A DNA stretch of 64,000 bases from Cirrosporium novae-zelandiae (GCA_026023565.1 JAPETS010000011.1:434001-498000); one strand, 5' to 3'; positions 17,116 to 29,082 are shown, numbered from the stretch's first letter. Translations and numbers: made by a program. The notes: generated from the sequence alone by a model not told the origin.

Positions 17116-17985
17116 ATGCCTCCCCCCACCAAAAGACGCCGTATCTCCTCCACCTCCAATACCCCTCTCGAAGCCCCCGCCCCGCTCTCTACCAACAAGC
17201 TCAAGAGACAGATCCGCTCTCTCATGCGAGTACTCGAGAACCCCGATTCAAAGATTCCCGCAACAGTACGCCAAGAAACCGAGCGGGCGCTCGCAACCTA
17301 CAAGTCCGACCTCCAGGCTTTGGAGAAGGCCACAACAAGGAAACGAATGATTAAGAAGTATCATATGGTGCGATTCTTCGATAGGAGAAAGGCCGAAAAG
17401 GTTCTGAAAAAACTAAGAGCGGAAAAGAGAGGGCTTGGGGACGACAAAGAGGACAAGCAGAAAAGTGAGAAATTAGAAAAGAGAATCAGCCTCGTGCAGG
17501 TGAATTTGAATTATGCCATCTATTACCCGCTGGACATGAAGTACATTTCGCTATATCCCAAGACTGAAAAAGATAAAACGTCCTCCAAACCTTCCTCCCT
17601 CTCAACAACAGCAGCAGCTTCTTCAGAAGTCCAGCAGTCATTATCACCTCCTCCCCCAACAAGCTTTTCCCTACCAGACGCCTCAATCCCAGAAAAACCA
17701 GAAATGTGGTACCTAGTCCAAAAATGCATGGCCAACAACACTCTCCCCGCACTTCGAAACGGCGAACTCACATCATCATCGTCACCACTATCTTCATCAA
17801 AATCGAAACTCACAAATAAGAAGAATGGGAAGCAGCAAGGCAATGCCGCTAGCAACACGCAAAGCAATGAGAACCGGAATAAAAGAAAACGGGCCGACGG
17901 TACGGGTACGAGTGCATGGAACGAGGCCAAGGATATGGATGGAGCTGACTCGTACTCTTCTGATGGCGGGTTTTTTGAAGAATGA
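17116..17985 (+). CDS. EFG1: rRNA-processing protein Efg1
   Basis: MIKKYHMVRFFDRRKA, VNLNYAIYYPLDMKYISLYP and the C-terminal SDGGFFEE match the fungal 18S-processing Efg1 family (not the Candida APSES factor). Confidence 0.88.
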   Translation: MPPPTKRRRISSTSNTPLEAPAPLSTNKLKRQIRSLMRVLENPDSKIPATVRQETERALATYKSDLQALEKATTRKRMIKKYHMVRFFDRRKAEKVLKKLRAEKRGLGDDKEDKQKSEKLEKRISLVQVNLNYAIYYPLDMKYISLYPKTEKDKTSSKPSSLSTTAAASSEVQQSLSPPPPTSFSLPDASIPEKPEMWYLVQKCMANNTLPALRNGELTSSSSPLSSSKSKLTNKKNGKQQGNAASNTQSNENRNKRKRADGTGTSAWNEAKDMDGADSYSSDGGFFEE

Positions 17986-18581
17986 ATGAGTGAATAAATG
18001 AATATATGTATGGCGAGCCATGGGGATAGCTTGTTTTTTCCCGGTCATTTGTGTCCAGAATGGAGAATCCCATATATATTTGGACCGAGCGGTCCCGAGG
18101 AACGTTGAAGGGATTTGCATGGGAAGTGCATCGCTCCTAATTTATCCCCCCCCTTCGATAATCACTGGCCTTGGGATATAGTTCAGGGAACAGGAGAGGA
18201 GAACTACGAGGTGCCGATAGGAGATTAACTGGAAGTTTCGTTTCGGGGGGGAGAGGATGTCGAAGGTGGAAGTATTAAAAATGTGCAATAATGAAAGGCC
18301 TAATGAAGGCCATGATTAAATAAGCAGGCTCATAATACCATCAAAACCAGAATTATATATAACTGAAACCGTGGAGATTTTATTATTAAAGTATGGTCTA
18401 AATGCATCATTACTATTATCGCTTTGCAATCCCCAGCCCCTTGATCCCTTATCCCCCACTCATGCTGTGATGTCAAGAAACAGAGTCAAACACCTCATCC
18501 CATATAGCTAACCATCAAAAACAACCCTATTATGCACCTCACTTGACTCCCCAATAGAAACCACATCTTCACTCCAACATT

Positions 18582-20201
18582 TCAATAAGCTCTTTCACCG
18601 ATAGCCCAACTACTCAAATCCCCTATAACCTCAAACTCGCTGATTTCGTTCCTCTTCCTCCTAGCATACCGTCTCTTCTCCCCATTACTCCCTATCGAGG
18701 AAGCTATGCTTCCGGCACTGTTCTGGAGCTTTTGGCCTTGGTGGGATCCTCCTTGCAGCGTTTGGATTTGGAGGGCGCTTCGACTGGCCACAGCGGTTGC
18801 GGAGGCTGTGGATGCGGATTTGGGGGAGAGGTTGGGTCTGGGTAAGGGGGTGGGGTAACGGAGGTCCAGGCCGGAGTGCTTGGTGTAGCTAGGGGCTGTG
18901 AGAAAGGGAGTTGATTGTCCCTGAGGTTGGAGTCTTGATGAGGAAACCGATGGGGGTGTTGGGGGCGAGGATCGTGTTTTTCGTGAAGCTGTCGAGGGTG
19001 CGCGCGAGGGCGCAGCTACGGGACTCTCTTGAGTTCCTTCATTAAATACGAGTCCGTCATCGTCCTCCTCGTCATCTTTTTCTTCTACGGCAGCTTGTAG
19101 ATCCTCGTCTATACCTCCAATACTTCCTTTTGATCCCATACTCACTTTCTTTCCATGGGGCTTTGCTCCATCTTTTTCACGAGCCCATCCGTCTCCACCA
19201 GCAAAAATACTCTCCACACATTTGTCGGCAGGTAGTTCCCCTTTCATTGCTGCCCAACTCGCCGCCAATGTTCTTCTATACATGTCCTGCAACTCGCCCT
19301 GCTCCCGCATCTTACTACTCATGCTCGGCAAATGACCCACATCATCTGGAGATCCTTCACGCTGCTCGGCAGTCATTATGCCGGCAATTCCACCAAAGAC
19401 CGGGGCAGATTTGAGAGGAGGTGCGATGAAGGAACGGTCGCCATCGATCTGGTGAAGATTGATGCTTATCTTGAGAGTCGAGTTCACCCGTGAATCTTGG
19501 AGGAGGTAACGGCGGGTTATACCTTCATCGGCATTCAAGAGAATTTCATCACGAGCAATACTCCCGCGGGTGGGGCTGGTAATGGAAGCACGCAGTTGGT
19601 CTTCGCCACCACTAAGGAGAGTGCTGCTTTCCACATATTCGGCTAAATTCAACTTCACATTTCCCAAAATAATGCGATCACCCCGAGTTCCAGCAGAGTA
19701 TTCTTGGATCACTTCGAAATGGAGTTCCTGCGATTGGAGCAGGCTGTTGCGGTCAATTGTTAAGCGTACCGGTATTATTTTTGTGTAGTCAAATACGGCT
19801 TTATGGTCACGAACCGGAGATTTCTCAGTTCGGCCACGATGTTCGGCGCTAGGTGAGGAGAGTATGTTCCACTTTACGTAGGCGCAACCTCGAACCAAGG
19901 GAATATTATTGAGGTCTTGTATCTAAGACAAAGAGGTTAGTGGAGGAGGAACCGATGAGAATAGTCAAGACGTACTCTTAAAGTAAGTTCGAATTTTGGC
20001 TGGGTGGAACGAGCACGCGGGGTCAGTTCATTGTTTCATTTTCAATTGGATCAGTCGTCTCGGGGCTCACTCTTCGATTCTTGGGTACTGTGAGAGATTT
20101 CATCAGCGATGCTGACATTCGTCTGGCAGAGGAAGCCATTGCTGTTGAGCAAGAACAAAGCGGAAGCAGTGGCTGCGATGTAGCTCACCAAATGCCTGCA
20201 T
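18582..20201 (-). CDS. NT-C2 (EEIG1/EHBP1 N-terminal C2) domain protein with three 5' micro-exons
   Basis: Exons 20189..20201, 20071..20087, 19976..19999 and 19922..18582 give MQAFVPKNRRPKFELTLRIQDLNNIPLV; also LGNVKLNLAEYV and RRYLLQDSRVNSTLKI. Confidence 0.85.
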
Positions 20202-20797
20202 CTTGAATAGGTAGATAGCCAAAGATGGCGATAGATTGCTGTGTACGACTGGTATGCAATTACAGCGGCTGGCAATTGCATCGGGCAATGGAATGCGATG
20301 ATGATTTGGCAGTCGTTCCGAAGGCTAAGAAAATGGGCGCATGCTTGGGGAATCGGGTGGTAGATTTCCGGGGTTTAAACAGGCGCCTATATGCAATCAT
20401 TTATTGTTCCTCGAATGACAATGGAGACAGCCGCTACAACTTGATGAGCTATTACAAGGATGCACTATTAGAGTTTTCAATTGGATTGTTATAAATGGTC
20501 GTCTGTATGCTAGTTGAGGACTAAAAACGACTGAACAGGGCAATCTTGCCTAGGAGTCAGGTGACCACACTACAGCACAGACTTGAGATAAGCTATATAT
20601 TTAAGGTAACCACTAACCTTTCCTCTTTGGGGAGTAAATTAGGGCAAGCAATTGTAATTGCATTGATACATTTGTGTATATCAAAACTATGATAATACAG
20701 CCAGTACAAGGTAATTAATGTTCAATTGAATTAGATTTTATTAGGAAATAAGTCATGCAGCCACCAGAAGCTACTAACAATCAAAGTGTCTGTCTGT

Positions 20798-21304
20798 TCA
20801 CTCTTCCAGCATCGCTTTGAATTTCTTCCCAACCACAGCCTTAAGAGCGCTCAATGGATCCGCCCAGATCTCCCAATGTCCAATTCTGCCTTGCTCATCC
20901 CAATTGCTTAACAAATATGTAAACTCCTCTTCCCAGCTTTCCCCGGTTCTTATAGCTTCGAACTTTCCATGAGCCTTCACAGACACTACTCCCAATTTCG
21001 TATCGATCACGATCTTTTCTGGTGGTGGAAATGTATCAGCAGCTGGATAGAACTTGAGTGACTGACCTAGGAGGTCGAAGTAATCATCACAAGTTGGACT
21101 GGAGGAAGTGGACGAATTGCGCCGGCCCGAAAAGGTTTGGCCTAGGAAGGGTAGAAATCTGCTTGCCCATTGGGGGCCATGTTCGGTAATTTTGGGATCT
21201 TCCTCTCGGAAAAATGATAAAATAAATACTGAATCTTTGCCCTGTTGAAAAGCGGCGCAAAAATCTGCCGTACGAGAGCGAAGTAGGTCTTCAGATGGTG
21301 GCAT
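20798..21304 (-). CDS. Hypothetical protein, NTF2/SnoaL-like fold
   Basis: 168-aa ORF; EHGP..LPFLG..F.G, YFDLL, VSVKAHGKF...TGESWEEEFTY..DEQGRI..WEIWADP resembles SnoaL-like beta-meander proteins. Confidence 0.65.
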   Translation of the reverse strand: MPPSEDLLRSRTADFCAAFQQGKDSVFILSFFREEDPKITEHGPQWASRFLPFLGQTFSGRRNSSTSSSPTCDDYFDLLGQSLKFYPAADTFPPPEKIVIDTKLGVVSVKAHGKFEAIRTGESWEEEFTYLLSNWDEQGRIGHWEIWADPLSALKAVVGKKFKAMLEE

Positions 21305-21741
21305 TTTGGCAATAGAGATCTACCTAGCTGCTCTCTCGTTAGTACAGTATATTTGTGCAAGTGTTTCAGTTGAACAATCAGCTCTTCAATGTGGGAAATA
21401 ATGTCAGTCAAACAACACAGTTTCTGTTGTTGTATGAAAGATTTACCGGATAGTAGTGGATCAAATTGTTGTTAATTTATGATGTCAGTTGTATCAGTTG
21501 TACTACTAAGTATAGTACACGGGTAAAAGTATTCTTGACAGCTATATTACATACCTCCAAACGCGCATCTTCCAATTCTCATTAGCTAAACTACACGCTT
21601 CAATCATTCACTCTGAAATCTTCCGACGCGAAGTCAAACACCTCACCAAAGATATTCGTCGCGTTAAATTCCATCGATTTACCACAGTACTTTCGAAAGT
21701 ATTTATTTCTCTAATTATCTAAATTATCAGCCTCGCCTAAT

Positions 21742-22338
21742 ATGGCTGTCTCTCCAAAAACACAAAAGCCCCAAACTCCTACCAACGACCAACCTCCACC
21801 ACTTCCAAAAGGTTCTACGCTTCCACAGAATCGACTCGACCCGCCATATACTTCTCATGTCGAAATTCCACGCGCTGAGCCTGGCGCGCCTTGGCCTCCT
21901 TTGGATTCTAAGGACCGTAACCAACTATTCTCCTCTTCACTACCATGGCTAAAAACAGTCCATTCTCCTTCAACACACAATCCTCTTACAAGCAAGGAAT
22001 ATACGGCGTCCGAGCTACAAGGACAGGCGCAAGTTACGGAAGCTATACGAGGGAAATATGTAAAGGAGCATTCAAAACACAAGGATAAGAAAAAGGACAA
22101 GGAAGTGCGCAGGGCGGCTCTAGTAAAGAAAAGAGATGAAATCGCCAGAAGAATTGCAGAGGAATTGGAGAGAGTGAATAAGGAAAGGAACGAAATGGAC
22201 AAGAAGATTTCAGAAATGAACTTGCAACACGAGCTGGAGAAAAAGGTTTGGTTGAAGCAGAGGGAGGCTAGGGAAGAAAGGGAACGGGAAAGGGAGAGGA
22301 AGAGGAGACGAACGACTAGGAAAGAGGATGAGACGTGA
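21742..22338 (+). CDS. Hypothetical protein with C-terminal coiled coil
   Basis: 198-aa ATG ORF; P-rich N-terminus and charged E/R/K-rich C-terminus. Confidence 0.7.
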   Translation: MAVSPKTQKPQTPTNDQPPPLPKGSTLPQNRLDPPYTSHVEIPRAEPGAPWPPLDSKDRNQLFSSSLPWLKTVHSPSTHNPLTSKEYTASELQGQAQVTEAIRGKYVKEHSKHKDKKKDKEVRRAALVKKRDEIARRIAEELERVNKERNEMDKKISEMNLQHELEKKVWLKQREAREERERERERKRRRTTRKEDET

Positions 22339-23020
22339 CAAAAAGGGATCAAGAAATGAATCCAAAACAAGACTCGTGAATGGCTACGATTACGAACCCG
22401 AGTGCAAGGTCACGATCAAACGTGATCATATGAGATAGGGTAGACTACCTGGCTACATGAGGCACCCACCAACCGACATGGAACAACAGTAGCGAAGACC
22501 CTTATTGATGTTAAGAAGTTGTGGCGAACTATACAAGCCTAGCCATCATCTACTGGGAAAGGACTCTAATACCTCGGCTACATTATTGTCCCGATTGATT
22601 CCAAGCAGCCGTCGTATCCAAAAGAAAATTAAATAGACGGCCCAGCAGACAGTCTTCAGGCACTCATATCATTGCTCTGATAGCCCAAGAACATATGCCA
22701 AACTGCGACCCCGGAAATCGCCTCCCATTCGACATTGAAATATTGCCATCTCCGCCGATTTTTACTCGGTTTTATTGCATGGCCTTGTTTGCTTTCCAGC
22801 TCCCGTCTCCTGAGAAGGAAGCTCAATATTGTTCTAGGGAGGACATGGAATTAGAATACCTCGATGTTTTAGGCCTCAACGCGGCTAGAATAGAATGGAT
22901 GACCTAACCACCGAACAGAGCTCAGCCAACCAGCCAACCTAACCCCTGGCCCGCAAAAGCAGGACATGCACCAAAATGTGTCCTCAACTACCAAAGCAGC
23001 ACTACCATTTTCTAATGCAA

Positions 23021-23121
23021 TCCCGCATTGGCTCAGTGGTAAAAATCACTTTGCGCACTAGTTAGGTTTTAAAAGCTAGTTGTTCTACCAATAGCTAACA
23101 AGTTTGAGTCTGGCTGCGGGT
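23021..23121 (+). pseudogene. Degenerate tRNA gene, possibly intron-containing tRNA-Thr(AGT)
   Basis: CCCGCA (23022) pairs with TGCGGG (23115-23120). A box TGGCTCAGTGGT, anticodon-loop-like CTAGT, T-loop TTTGAGT (one C>T from TTCGAGT). The D- and T-stems are broken. Confidence 0.45.
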
Positions 23122-23307
23122 AAATTTCAAAGCGGGGTCTCTCTTGGGATGAATGTGAGGACGGAATGAGATTGATGAAGGGTGGTGAATAGGGGGAATG
23201 AAAAAGGAGGGCTAGGAACTGGGATAGGGGGAAGGGCACCTACAATAATCTGGGGGCAGGATGGGTCAGAGCTAGAGACTAGGGCTAGGAACATAAAAGC
23301 CCCAAGA

Positions 23308-24140
23308 GATATCTAAGAAAAAGCAAACCCCCCCAAGTCTAGAAATAGGGAAAGGGAGGACGAAGAACAACATGCCTAAGATGAGAGCTTTTCATAAATT
23401 ATCACCATACATGGAACATCTAAAACTATTTTCCCATTCCTATTCCCATTTTTTCCTATTTCACCTCTCCATTCTATTCATTCTACTTCTATATTTCTAA
23501 CTACCAAAAAAAAAAAAAAAACGGAGGGGAGGAAAGAAAGGGGGGAATTATGACAGAAGGAAAAAAAAAACAAAAGAAGAAATCACAAAAACATATCTTT
23601 CAAGCCCTTCTTCCCAACCCAATCCAACCCCAATCCAACTTTGCCCAATTCAAAATTTCGAACATATCTCCATACCAAATTACCAATCAACTTGATATAT
23701 AAAACCCCCCCAAGGGATATGATATCTAAGAAAAACCCCCCAACCCCCTCCTCTCCCCCCAAGTTCTAGGATAGAATAGAATACGGAAAAAGGGGGGATG
23801 AAGAACAACAGAGCATTAAAATGAGAGCTTTTTATAAATTGTTTAATATATATATATATACATGGATGGAACTTCTATTTAAAATTGTTTTAGTCTTTTC
23901 CTTTCTTTTTTTTGCGTCTACTTTTTATATTTTTGACTACGAGGAACAACAACAAAAAAAAGGGGGAGGGGGGGCATACTGTAACGGAAGACAGAAGGGA
24001 GAACGTGGGATTAAGAAACATATCTTTTTTTTCTAAGCCCTTCCAACCTCAAACCAACTTTGTCCAGTTCAAAATTCCAATTTCAAATATCCATCTCCGT
24101 GTCTAATCAATCAACCCAATCAGCTTAATATAAATATAAA
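23308..24140. repeat. Degenerate tandem duplication, ~413-bp period, 2 copies
   Basis: GATATCTAAGAAAAA at 23308 and 23721; GAAGAACAACA, ATGAGAGCTTTT, AAACATATCTTT, CCAACTTTG and TTCAAAATT are shared in order. Confidence 0.8.
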
Positions 24141-24702
24141 ATCTTCGTCACTCATCTCATCTCATCGAAACGAAATGAAATGAAAATAAAACAAACATTT
24201 TTTCCTTTTTCCAATGTTTTTTTTTGTTTCTGCACATCACCACTTAAAAAAACAGAATACGGAATAAAAGCCTCCCCTTCCCCCCTTAGATTCAAATTCC
24301 CATCCGCCCTTCCATCACCGTTTCTCCTCTCTCAGAGCTTTATTCTAGTTAATTCATTAATTTTCCTTTTACCTTTTTACTCATCCATATCGTGGGTAAT
24401 ATTTTGATCATTGATATTGATGTTTACTGACACCCACTACGTTCAGTTTATCGAGGGAGAAGGGGAGGAGGGGTTGGGTTAGATGGGAAATGGGATGTTT
24501 TGGAGAAGAAGGAGAAGAAGGGGAAGAGACTGGAGTGAGTGTGCGCAGGATGGATGGATGTGGTGCATACATGCTTTGGGCGAAAGGCGGGGACGGATCG
24601 ATACTACATCTTCGGGAGGTCGGGAAGAAAAGGGAAAGGAAAAGGAAAAGCGAGTTCGTGGATGGGGGGATTTAGATATGGTGTATAAGTGTTCGACGGG
24701 AT

Positions 24703-24966
24703 ATAAATACTAGGTTAGGTTCGATTCCTAAGAGCGCTCGCTAGTGATTGGTCAGTTACACTGGTATGTATCAATGTTCTTTTAGTAGCACTTCTTGCGA
24801 TTTATTATTGTATTTTTCGGCGGCCGTGGATTCGAATCACCTACGGGGTCATGATTTTGTGGGAGCCTAGATGTAACATCCATAAATACCAGGTTGGGTT
24901 CGATTTCCCAAGAGTGCTCGCTCGCTAGAGGATTTGTCAGTTACACTGGTATGTATCATTGTTCTT
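24703..24966 (+). repeat. Two copies (24703..24780, 24882..24966) of a ~75-bp B-box-containing dispersed repeat
   Basis: ATAAATAC(C/T)AGGTT(G/A)GGTTCGATT..AAGAG(C/T)GCTCGCT..GTCAGTTACACTGGTATGTATCA; a third copy lies at 51619. Confidence 0.8.
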
Positions 24967-26310
24967 CTTCTTCTTCTCAGCTGTGCCTGGAACGGATCAT
25001 GCAACACGCGCTGCGCCGCTTGTCGTTTAAGCATAATAGCCCCAGTGATAATTGACTGACTGGCCTCTTCTATCTTGAATAAATGATAAGGCGGCCTATG
25101 AAATGAAAAGAGGGATGTGAGGGGGGGATACAAGGCTCCCTTTTACTGTTGTACCTTGCTTACTAAACCCATACTGAGGATTACAATCACGAACGCCTCT
25201 TTTTCGAAAAAAATCCCAAGGAACAGCCACTTTCGGCTATCGAAGTACATCGTAATCTTGGATATTCTCATCAATCATCTCTTCATTTCTCCCCCCCCCA
25301 AGTTTGTCGATGGACGCGCTAAGCAGATTAGAGATTCAATCTGCCTCATGAAGGGACAAGGCTTTCAAATTCATAAGGCCTCAAATTATTTGGCCCAATA
25401 ATCTATCATTGTTGTCCCCCCCCCCCCCCATTATTGTTTATATGTGTTGCCGGGCCCCGGGATGCGTTGGTCTTCAGCTGTCGTTGACAAAAAATTGTAG
25501 GAATACTGCCCAACCCTAACAGGGCTGTTCAAGAAAACAGAGGCTTGTCATTAGATGATAGGCCTCGACGGATGGTCTCCGGTCTTCTGGAGATAGATAA
25601 AAGACGTGCCGTAATTGTAAAATGTTCTTTCATTATTGATTATAACTTAGATTTGACGCTCTTCTAAATTGGAATCGCAGGTTTTGAACTTACCTGATAT
25701 CCATGTTCTTTTGCACAATCCTCAAAGTTAGCCTGAAGCAATCAAATATTCGTAGGTATCTGCTGTTACTCTGCTTGTTTCAATGTTGATCCGTCAATAG
25801 AACTTCAGTGAGCATCCTTCACTCGTGAAGGGCCGACCAGAAACTCGCCGATAAAAAGAATCTCGCGGAATAACTCCTGGTTAAGTTAGGATTACTAACC
25901 CTTCTGAATTGCTTAGCAATTGCTTTGATTTTCGTTATCTTTGAATTTCGTTTGAAACATCTTGATGTATGTCTCCTTCTTTTCCAGCCTAGGAAGGAAA
26001 CCAGTCCATGCCAAGGATACTATCCACGCCAGGGTTACCATCGATGCATCCAAGGAACTTTGAACCAAACCTCCAAACCAAGCGCCCCTTAAGAACAATT
26101 ATATATCCAAACACATGCAGCCGTATGTGAGGTTTACCAAGACATAGCCAACAGTGAATGACCTTCATATGTGCCAGTTATATTTGGCCAGTCTCACCAT
26201 AATCGGAAACCAAAGGATCTCCAGCTCCAAGGGAAACAGCCGGAACAACAATTTTTACCACCACATTCTCACTGTCCTGACATTTATAAACAAGAAGACA
26301 TTCTGCTAGA

Positions 26311-27324
26311 ATGTCTTCACAGTCTCCTTTAGTTAATGACCCAATTAAATATTGGTCTAACCCGGGAATTTCTGCTGTTGATTCTATGAATGGGCCTTTC
26401 ATGAGGACTTCACACATATTTGGTTGTCATGGCAAGCCTGCCAATGGGCATGCCTTTAATGAGTGTGATGATCTGACAAAATCCCAGCTTCACAGTCGCA
26501 TTAATTCTCGCAAGTCCAATGCAAATTCTCGCGTTGTGACCAACGTTCAAGCGGTGCCATCGCAAGAAGTATTGACATATAACATTAAGAATGATGGACA
26601 AACACAACTTCAGACTGATTTTCTTATCCAACCCTCGAATCCAGTGTACTATACGCCCCCTAACTCAAGTCCACTTACGCCAATCAACTTTTATCCAGAG
26701 GAAGCAGCGCAGCCATCTGTTTCATCTGAATTCGGCCATCATGAGTATCTCTATTCTCGCTATTCAGAAAATGATCAATTTACTATGGATAACATGCATC
26801 CATTGATATTTGATAACAAACAGTTCTCGACTTTGATGATGTATAGCGATATGGGACAGAAAGATGAGACACAGCATTATTCCCATGAAGCATATCTTCC
26901 AAAAAACTCACCTAGGCAGAAAGTTGCAGGCAATAGTCCAGCAATGGCGAACCGGCCATGGATTTGTTTTGAATGCGATGGTCACCCTCAATTTGAGAAA
27001 AGGCATTTATACAAGTTAGTGTATTGCACCAATTTTTTTCCGTCCTTTATATTGACGGTAAACAGCCGACACATGAAGAGACATGAACGTCCTCATCAAT
27101 GTTATATCGGTTCCTGCATATCGGCATTTGCTTCAAAAAGAGATCTCACTAGACATCAGGCAAGCAAGCATAAAAATGAGGTGGAATCAGAAAGATATTA
27201 TTGCGAACAACCAGGCTGCAAATTTTCTCAAGGCAAAAAAGCAGATGGATTTGCTAGGAAAGACCATCTCCAGAGACACCTGAGTACAAATCATGGTAAT
27301 GATCGATTCAATGTGATAACTTGA
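26311..27324 (+). CDS. C2H2 zinc-finger protein, probable transcription factor; in-frame intron 27015..27065
   Basis: Three C-terminal fingers: CFECDGHPQFEKRHLYN|RHMKRH, CYIGSCISAFASKRDLTRHQASKH, CEQPGC...FARKDHLQRHLSTNH. Removing the GTTAGT..CAG intron restores finger 1 spacing. Confidence 0.85.
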   Translation: MSSQSPLVNDPIKYWSNPGISAVDSMNGPFMRTSHIFGCHGKPANGHAFNECDDLTKSQLHSRINSRKSNANSRVVTNVQAVPSQEVLTYNIKNDGQTQLQTDFLIQPSNPVYYTPPNSSPLTPINFYPEEAAQPSVSSEFGHHEYLYSRYSENDQFTMDNMHPLIFDNKQFSTLMMYSDMGQKDETQHYSHEAYLPKNSPRQKVAGNSPAMANRPWICFECDGHPQFEKRHLYKLVYCTNFFPSFILTVNSRHMKRHERPHQCYIGSCISAFASKRDLTRHQASKHKNEVESERYYCEQPGCKFSQGKKADGFARKDHLQRHLSTNHGNDRFNVIT

Positions 27325-27744
27325 TTCCCATATTTGTCTGTTTCAAACTAATATCTGACAGAATCCTGCTGAGACAAAAGAAGAACAGGAATATTGATCG
27401 GTGGAAGAGAAGAAATTGGCTAGAGGTGGGGATTGTATGATGGATAACCTGCATGAAAAGACAAGAAATTGGCGCAATAACTGGGTACATAAGAATAGCA
27501 GATCGATAGGTAGTGGGCAGTAGTGGATAGGAGTGGACCGTAACTTATAAAAGGTTAGCGCAGTCACAAAAAGCGCACGGAGAGTCATCCAAATTCAAGT
27601 TCCGAATGTTCCGATACAGGACAATGTGGAGTAAAATAAAGATGGTGAACCTGAAAGATCGATCATCCGTCAAGGCGCGATATGCGAATGATTATCTCAT
27701 AGGGAACTCTTAGCTCAACCATGAAAAGTCCCCCCTCGTTTCAT

Positions 27745-27805
27745 CAGCATAGCATAGCATAGCATAGCACAGCACAGCACAACAACACAACAACACAACA
27801 CAACA
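27745..27805. repeat. Compound pentanucleotide microsatellite (AGCAT)n(AGCAC)n(AACAC)n
   Basis: Read directly from the sequence. Confidence 0.85.
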
Positions 27806-28371
27806 AAACATTTCGAGACATCTGAATAAAATGAATAGGCAAGTAGGTACCTAGGTATAGTATATAAAAATAATAAAAATAACTAAAAAAGTTGTTGGTG
27901 AAGAAGAAAAAAAAAGAATGGATATCTAATTGGATTGAAGAAAAGTCTGGGCTGGATATGGGAAAAGTAGATGGCGGGGGGTCCCCCTCGGCCGCTATCA
28001 GCAAAGTGCAGGGTAACAAACATAACGAAGCGCATCGTAGGTTGGCACACTCTGACTGACTTGTCTATGCAAGTTGCAACCAACCCTTCGATAACTAAGT
28101 GCGCCATGCCTGTCACTCCAAATTTCTAACTTGACCCTTCGCTTCTTGATCTTCTTCTTGCCCAAGACCCATCCTCTGGAAGTCTAGAGACAATCCCTCA
28201 TGTCTTTCTCTTGATTTGTATTCTATTTACCCTCCCCTTCCCTGCTATTATTTCCCTTGGACTTGTCGCCTATCGATCACCGACCGAAGCCGGGTGCGTG
28301 CATATCTCTAGAGCAGACACCACCTTTTAATCATCTCAGAGGCGAGAAGCCTCTGTTTAATACTGTGAAAC

Positions 28372-29082
28372 ATGCCTCCATTGCCAGCGACAAAGAGTGC
28401 TGCAGCCAAACGATTTCTACAACTCCATCATCTTCTTTCCTCGATACCAAAACTTCCCAGTCGCAACATTACCCCTTCAGCCGAAATCGCAAACAAGTTT
28501 ATTAGAAGATTCTCAGCTATACCACAAACTATCAACCATCCGTCCGAACTCAACCGTCGTCAAAGTACTACAGTTGATATCCCTGCTACGTATGATCTGG
28601 ATCCTGGCCCTGGAGCTGGCGCTATTGTTGGCATTGTTCTCGGGTCTCTTGTGGGGTTTCTTCTCCTCTGCTGGTTAATATATGCTGTCGTTGGAGCTGC
28701 AAATCGACGGTCTGTAGTGTATGAAGAGGATATTGTGCATCGATCTCGAACATCAGCACACTCCAGGTCACCACGGGCCCGATCGCATCGCCATAGTCAT
28801 GCTCATAGTAGCCGTTCGGAAATGAGGGATATATCGGTTAGCAGAAGTCCTACTCGGCCAAGGAGAGAAGCAAGGACAAGAGAAACAGTTATAATCGACG
28901 AGACAAGAAGACCACCCCCACCACGAGAGCGAGAGGAGAATGTCATTGAAGTGATTGAAGAACATTCACCCGAACGTCCAAGACGAGCAGCAAGGACATC
29001 CCATCGCAACAGTGGGTTCAGAGACGTTGACCCCGATGCCTATGCTGGGGGAAATAAACCGCAAAGAAAAGTACGACATTAG
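28372..29082 (+). CDS. Single-pass membrane protein with an R/S/H-rich cytoplasmic tail
   Basis: GAIVGIVLGSLVGFLLLCWLIYAVV transmembrane segment followed by a low-complexity basic tail and IEVIEEHSP...SGFRDVDPDAYAGG. Confidence 0.8.
   Translation: MPPLPATKSAAAKRFLQLHHLLSSIPKLPSRNITPSAEIANKFIRRFSAIPQTINHPSELNRRQSTTVDIPATYDLDPGPGAGAIVGIVLGSLVGFLLLCWLIYAVVGAANRRSVVYEEDIVHRSRTSAHSRSPRARSHRHSHAHSSRSEMRDISVSRSPTRPRREARTRETVIIDETRRPPPPREREENVIEVIEEHSPERPRRAARTSHRNSGFRDVDPDAYAGGNKPQRKVRH

Noticed and set aside
25511..25520. CAACCCTAAC, 1.5 telomeric repeats, as a possible telomerase RNA template in a long intergenic region
   Set aside because: A 9-mer match is plausible by chance, and I could not identify a pseudoknot or CR4/5 element.
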